A stretch of 63,271 nt of DNA, counting the filler, from Octopus bimaculoides (lineage: Eukaryota): NCBI RefSeq assembly GCF_001194135.2. It is 4 parts of 4 records of this genome, joined end to end, with 100 filler letters (N's around TTAATTAATTAA, not from the genome) between each part and the next. Parts side by side here need not be neighbours in the genome. Positions count along the whole stretch, not along the records: positions 61,097 to 63,271 come from NC_068993.1; 3 more parts are not named here. One strand, 5' to 3'. The notes beneath the pieces are model-generated. The model saw only the letters and a program-made list of their open reading frames with translations, was not told the DNA's origin and ran no database searches. The translations under genes and the position numbers were made by a program. Position 1 is the first letter of the stretch. Each line of letters begins with the position of its first letter. Shown here one piece after another: positions 61,386-63,271 of this stretch.

Positions 61386-62689
61386 GTGTATATATATATA
61401 TGTATGTATGTATATATATAGTGTTATCTTCCTTGTCAGTTGCCTTTAGGTTTTTAAAACTGCTAGTATTTACTTGTGCATAAATTACACCCCTACTTCA
61501 GAGATAAATCTTAGTAGAACATTTTCCCACAATAGTTTCACCTTCTTCCGTATATTAGTTCCATCCCAGATTTTTCAGCTAAAGTCAAGTATAAAATAGT
61601 GCAGCTTATAAACAAATAAGTACAGTAACTATTAATTGTTTAGATAATGTAATTTAATCACTGTTCCTGAAGTCACTACATTATGTGTTGTTCACTTTGT
61701 ATTTAGTATGCGGTCAGAATTTCACTGATATATTTTCTGTCAGAAATGTGTTAGAATGTACAAACTTCATTATGCATAGATATATAAATACACACCGAAG
61801 CAAAAGTACAGATGAAAAAGATGAACGCTAATTTATTGCACAAACGTAGAGATCACATCATTTTACAAACTGCTTTAAAAAACTTAGGAGAAACCATATG
61901 TCAATGATAGATTTAGAGCCAATGATATATATACAAAAAGAAATAACTCATTTATAAAAATAAACAGATGTACATTTTTGCATGCATATATACCGCCACA
62001 TATATATATATGCATATATATANNNNNNNNNNNNNNNNNNNNNNNNNNNNNNNNNNNNNNNNNNNNNNNNNNNNNNNNNNNNNNNNNNNNNNNNNNNNNN
62101 NNNNNNNNNNNNNNNNNNNNNNNNNNNNNNNNNNNNNNNNNNNNNNNNNNNNNNNNNNNNNNNNNNNNNNNNNNNNNNNNNNNNNNNNNNNNNNNNNNNN
62201 NNNNNNNNNNNNNNNNNNNNNNNNNNNNNNNNNNNNNNNNNNNNNNNACATATATAAGAATACATGTAGGTTTGTACGTATGTAGAGACTCATGCAAAAA
62301 TAGACGAAAAACAAAAAATGTTATTTAGAAAAACGTACTGCATATACAAACACCATAATTGCTGATTCCGAACTCCAGATGCACTCGGCAGAGAAAGCAT
62401 GAACTCATTCTGCTCTATATTATAAACAGACATACACACCTCCACGCAGTAGTAGTATTAGTGAGTAGGTAGAAGTTCAAATAGATAAGGGAAAATCGAC
62501 TCCACATATCTATCTTCTAGAAAAGTAAATATATTACATAATGAAAAGCTGACAATATTGAGTATAAAAGAAACTGAGGAGAAAGAAAAAGTGACATAAG
62601 TTAACCACCACATGACAGAAATCGGTTTTTCATATTACATACTCATATACACATAATGTGTGTATAATATGCCGGAATCCTTCTTTATC

Positions 62690-62995
62690 CGGTGCACCGT
62701 CCTCAAACAAACCCAGCCTATCGACACTTCACCTCGCTGAAGTCGTTGTCCCTCTCAACTACTTCACCTCTCTCGTACTCGCAATTCCTCCATCTCCGAC
62801 GTCTGTGCAACAGTTACTCAAATGTTGAGACTCATTCTCAATACTTAGCCTGTCTGTTCACTCATCGTGGTTACCCTCCACCCTTGCCTATGTCGCCTTT
62901 TCTCATGCCCGTCAAATTGATCGCACCTACACTCTATCTACTCACGAATACCATTCCCTCCACCAGCTTTCCTTTCACTTACTACACAAAATAGT
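62690..62995 (+). pseudogene. Penelope-like element ORF fragment (RT thumb/linker)
   Basis: VHRPQTNPAYRHFTS...YSQFLHLRRLCN...FTHRGYPPPL...ARQIDR, resembling the PLE motif YSQFLRLRRxC...RGYP. Confidence 0.7.
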
Positions 62996-63271
62996 CAAAT
63001 ACTGTGTCTAACTATCGCAAATACTCAATTGCATTGTCTCTAAAATTCTCTCTTCCTCGTTTAAACATACATACATATAACAGCATATTCGTCTTCTTTT
63101 TAATATAGTATTAAACACAAAAACTCGATACCAGAAATGGAAAATTTTCACACGGAACCAACATATATATAAATGTATATGCGTATATATATATATATGA
63201 ATGCATATATATTCAAGTATGTACCGAATTTTACTTGTGGAAAAGCATATATATATATATATATATATATA

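Noticed and set aside
6725-62328. Long ORFs in the supplied track made of X runs or dipeptide and homopolymer repeats (YIYI, CVCV, THTH, SLSL, poly-I/D/Q)
   Set aside because: They arise from N-gaps and microsatellites that lack stop codons, not from coding sequence.

Overview
AT-rich, gap-ridden animal genomic DNA saturated with di-, tri- and tetranucleotide microsatellites. The repeat content points to a coleoid cephalopod, probably Octopus (inference, not verified). Three artificial 44N-TTAATTAATTAA-44N linkers split the window into four separately assembled blocks. There is no intact, recognisable protein-coding gene. Well supported: one structurally intact tRNA-Gln(CUG); about 20 copies or fragments of several tRNA-derived SINE families that appear to swap heads and tails; decayed LINEs (R4/Dong-like RT and RLE endonuclease, RTE, CR1-like, Penelope-like); a probable solo LTR nested in the R4-like element; piggyBac-, hAT- and Tc1/mariner-type MITEs; and a foldback-like inverted repeat. 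Scattered low-confidence spliced exon candidates, mostly on the minus strand and some with single nonsense codons, hint at an unidentified or decaying host gene. The most interesting signals are two different hammerhead-ribozyme-like motifs inside non-coding repeats (one tied to a tRNA-like module, once as a palindrome), possible (CATA)n targeting by the R4-like element, and an in-frame UAG in a candidate exon next to an intronic inverted repeat. All family assignments come from reading motifs by eye; no database search was run.
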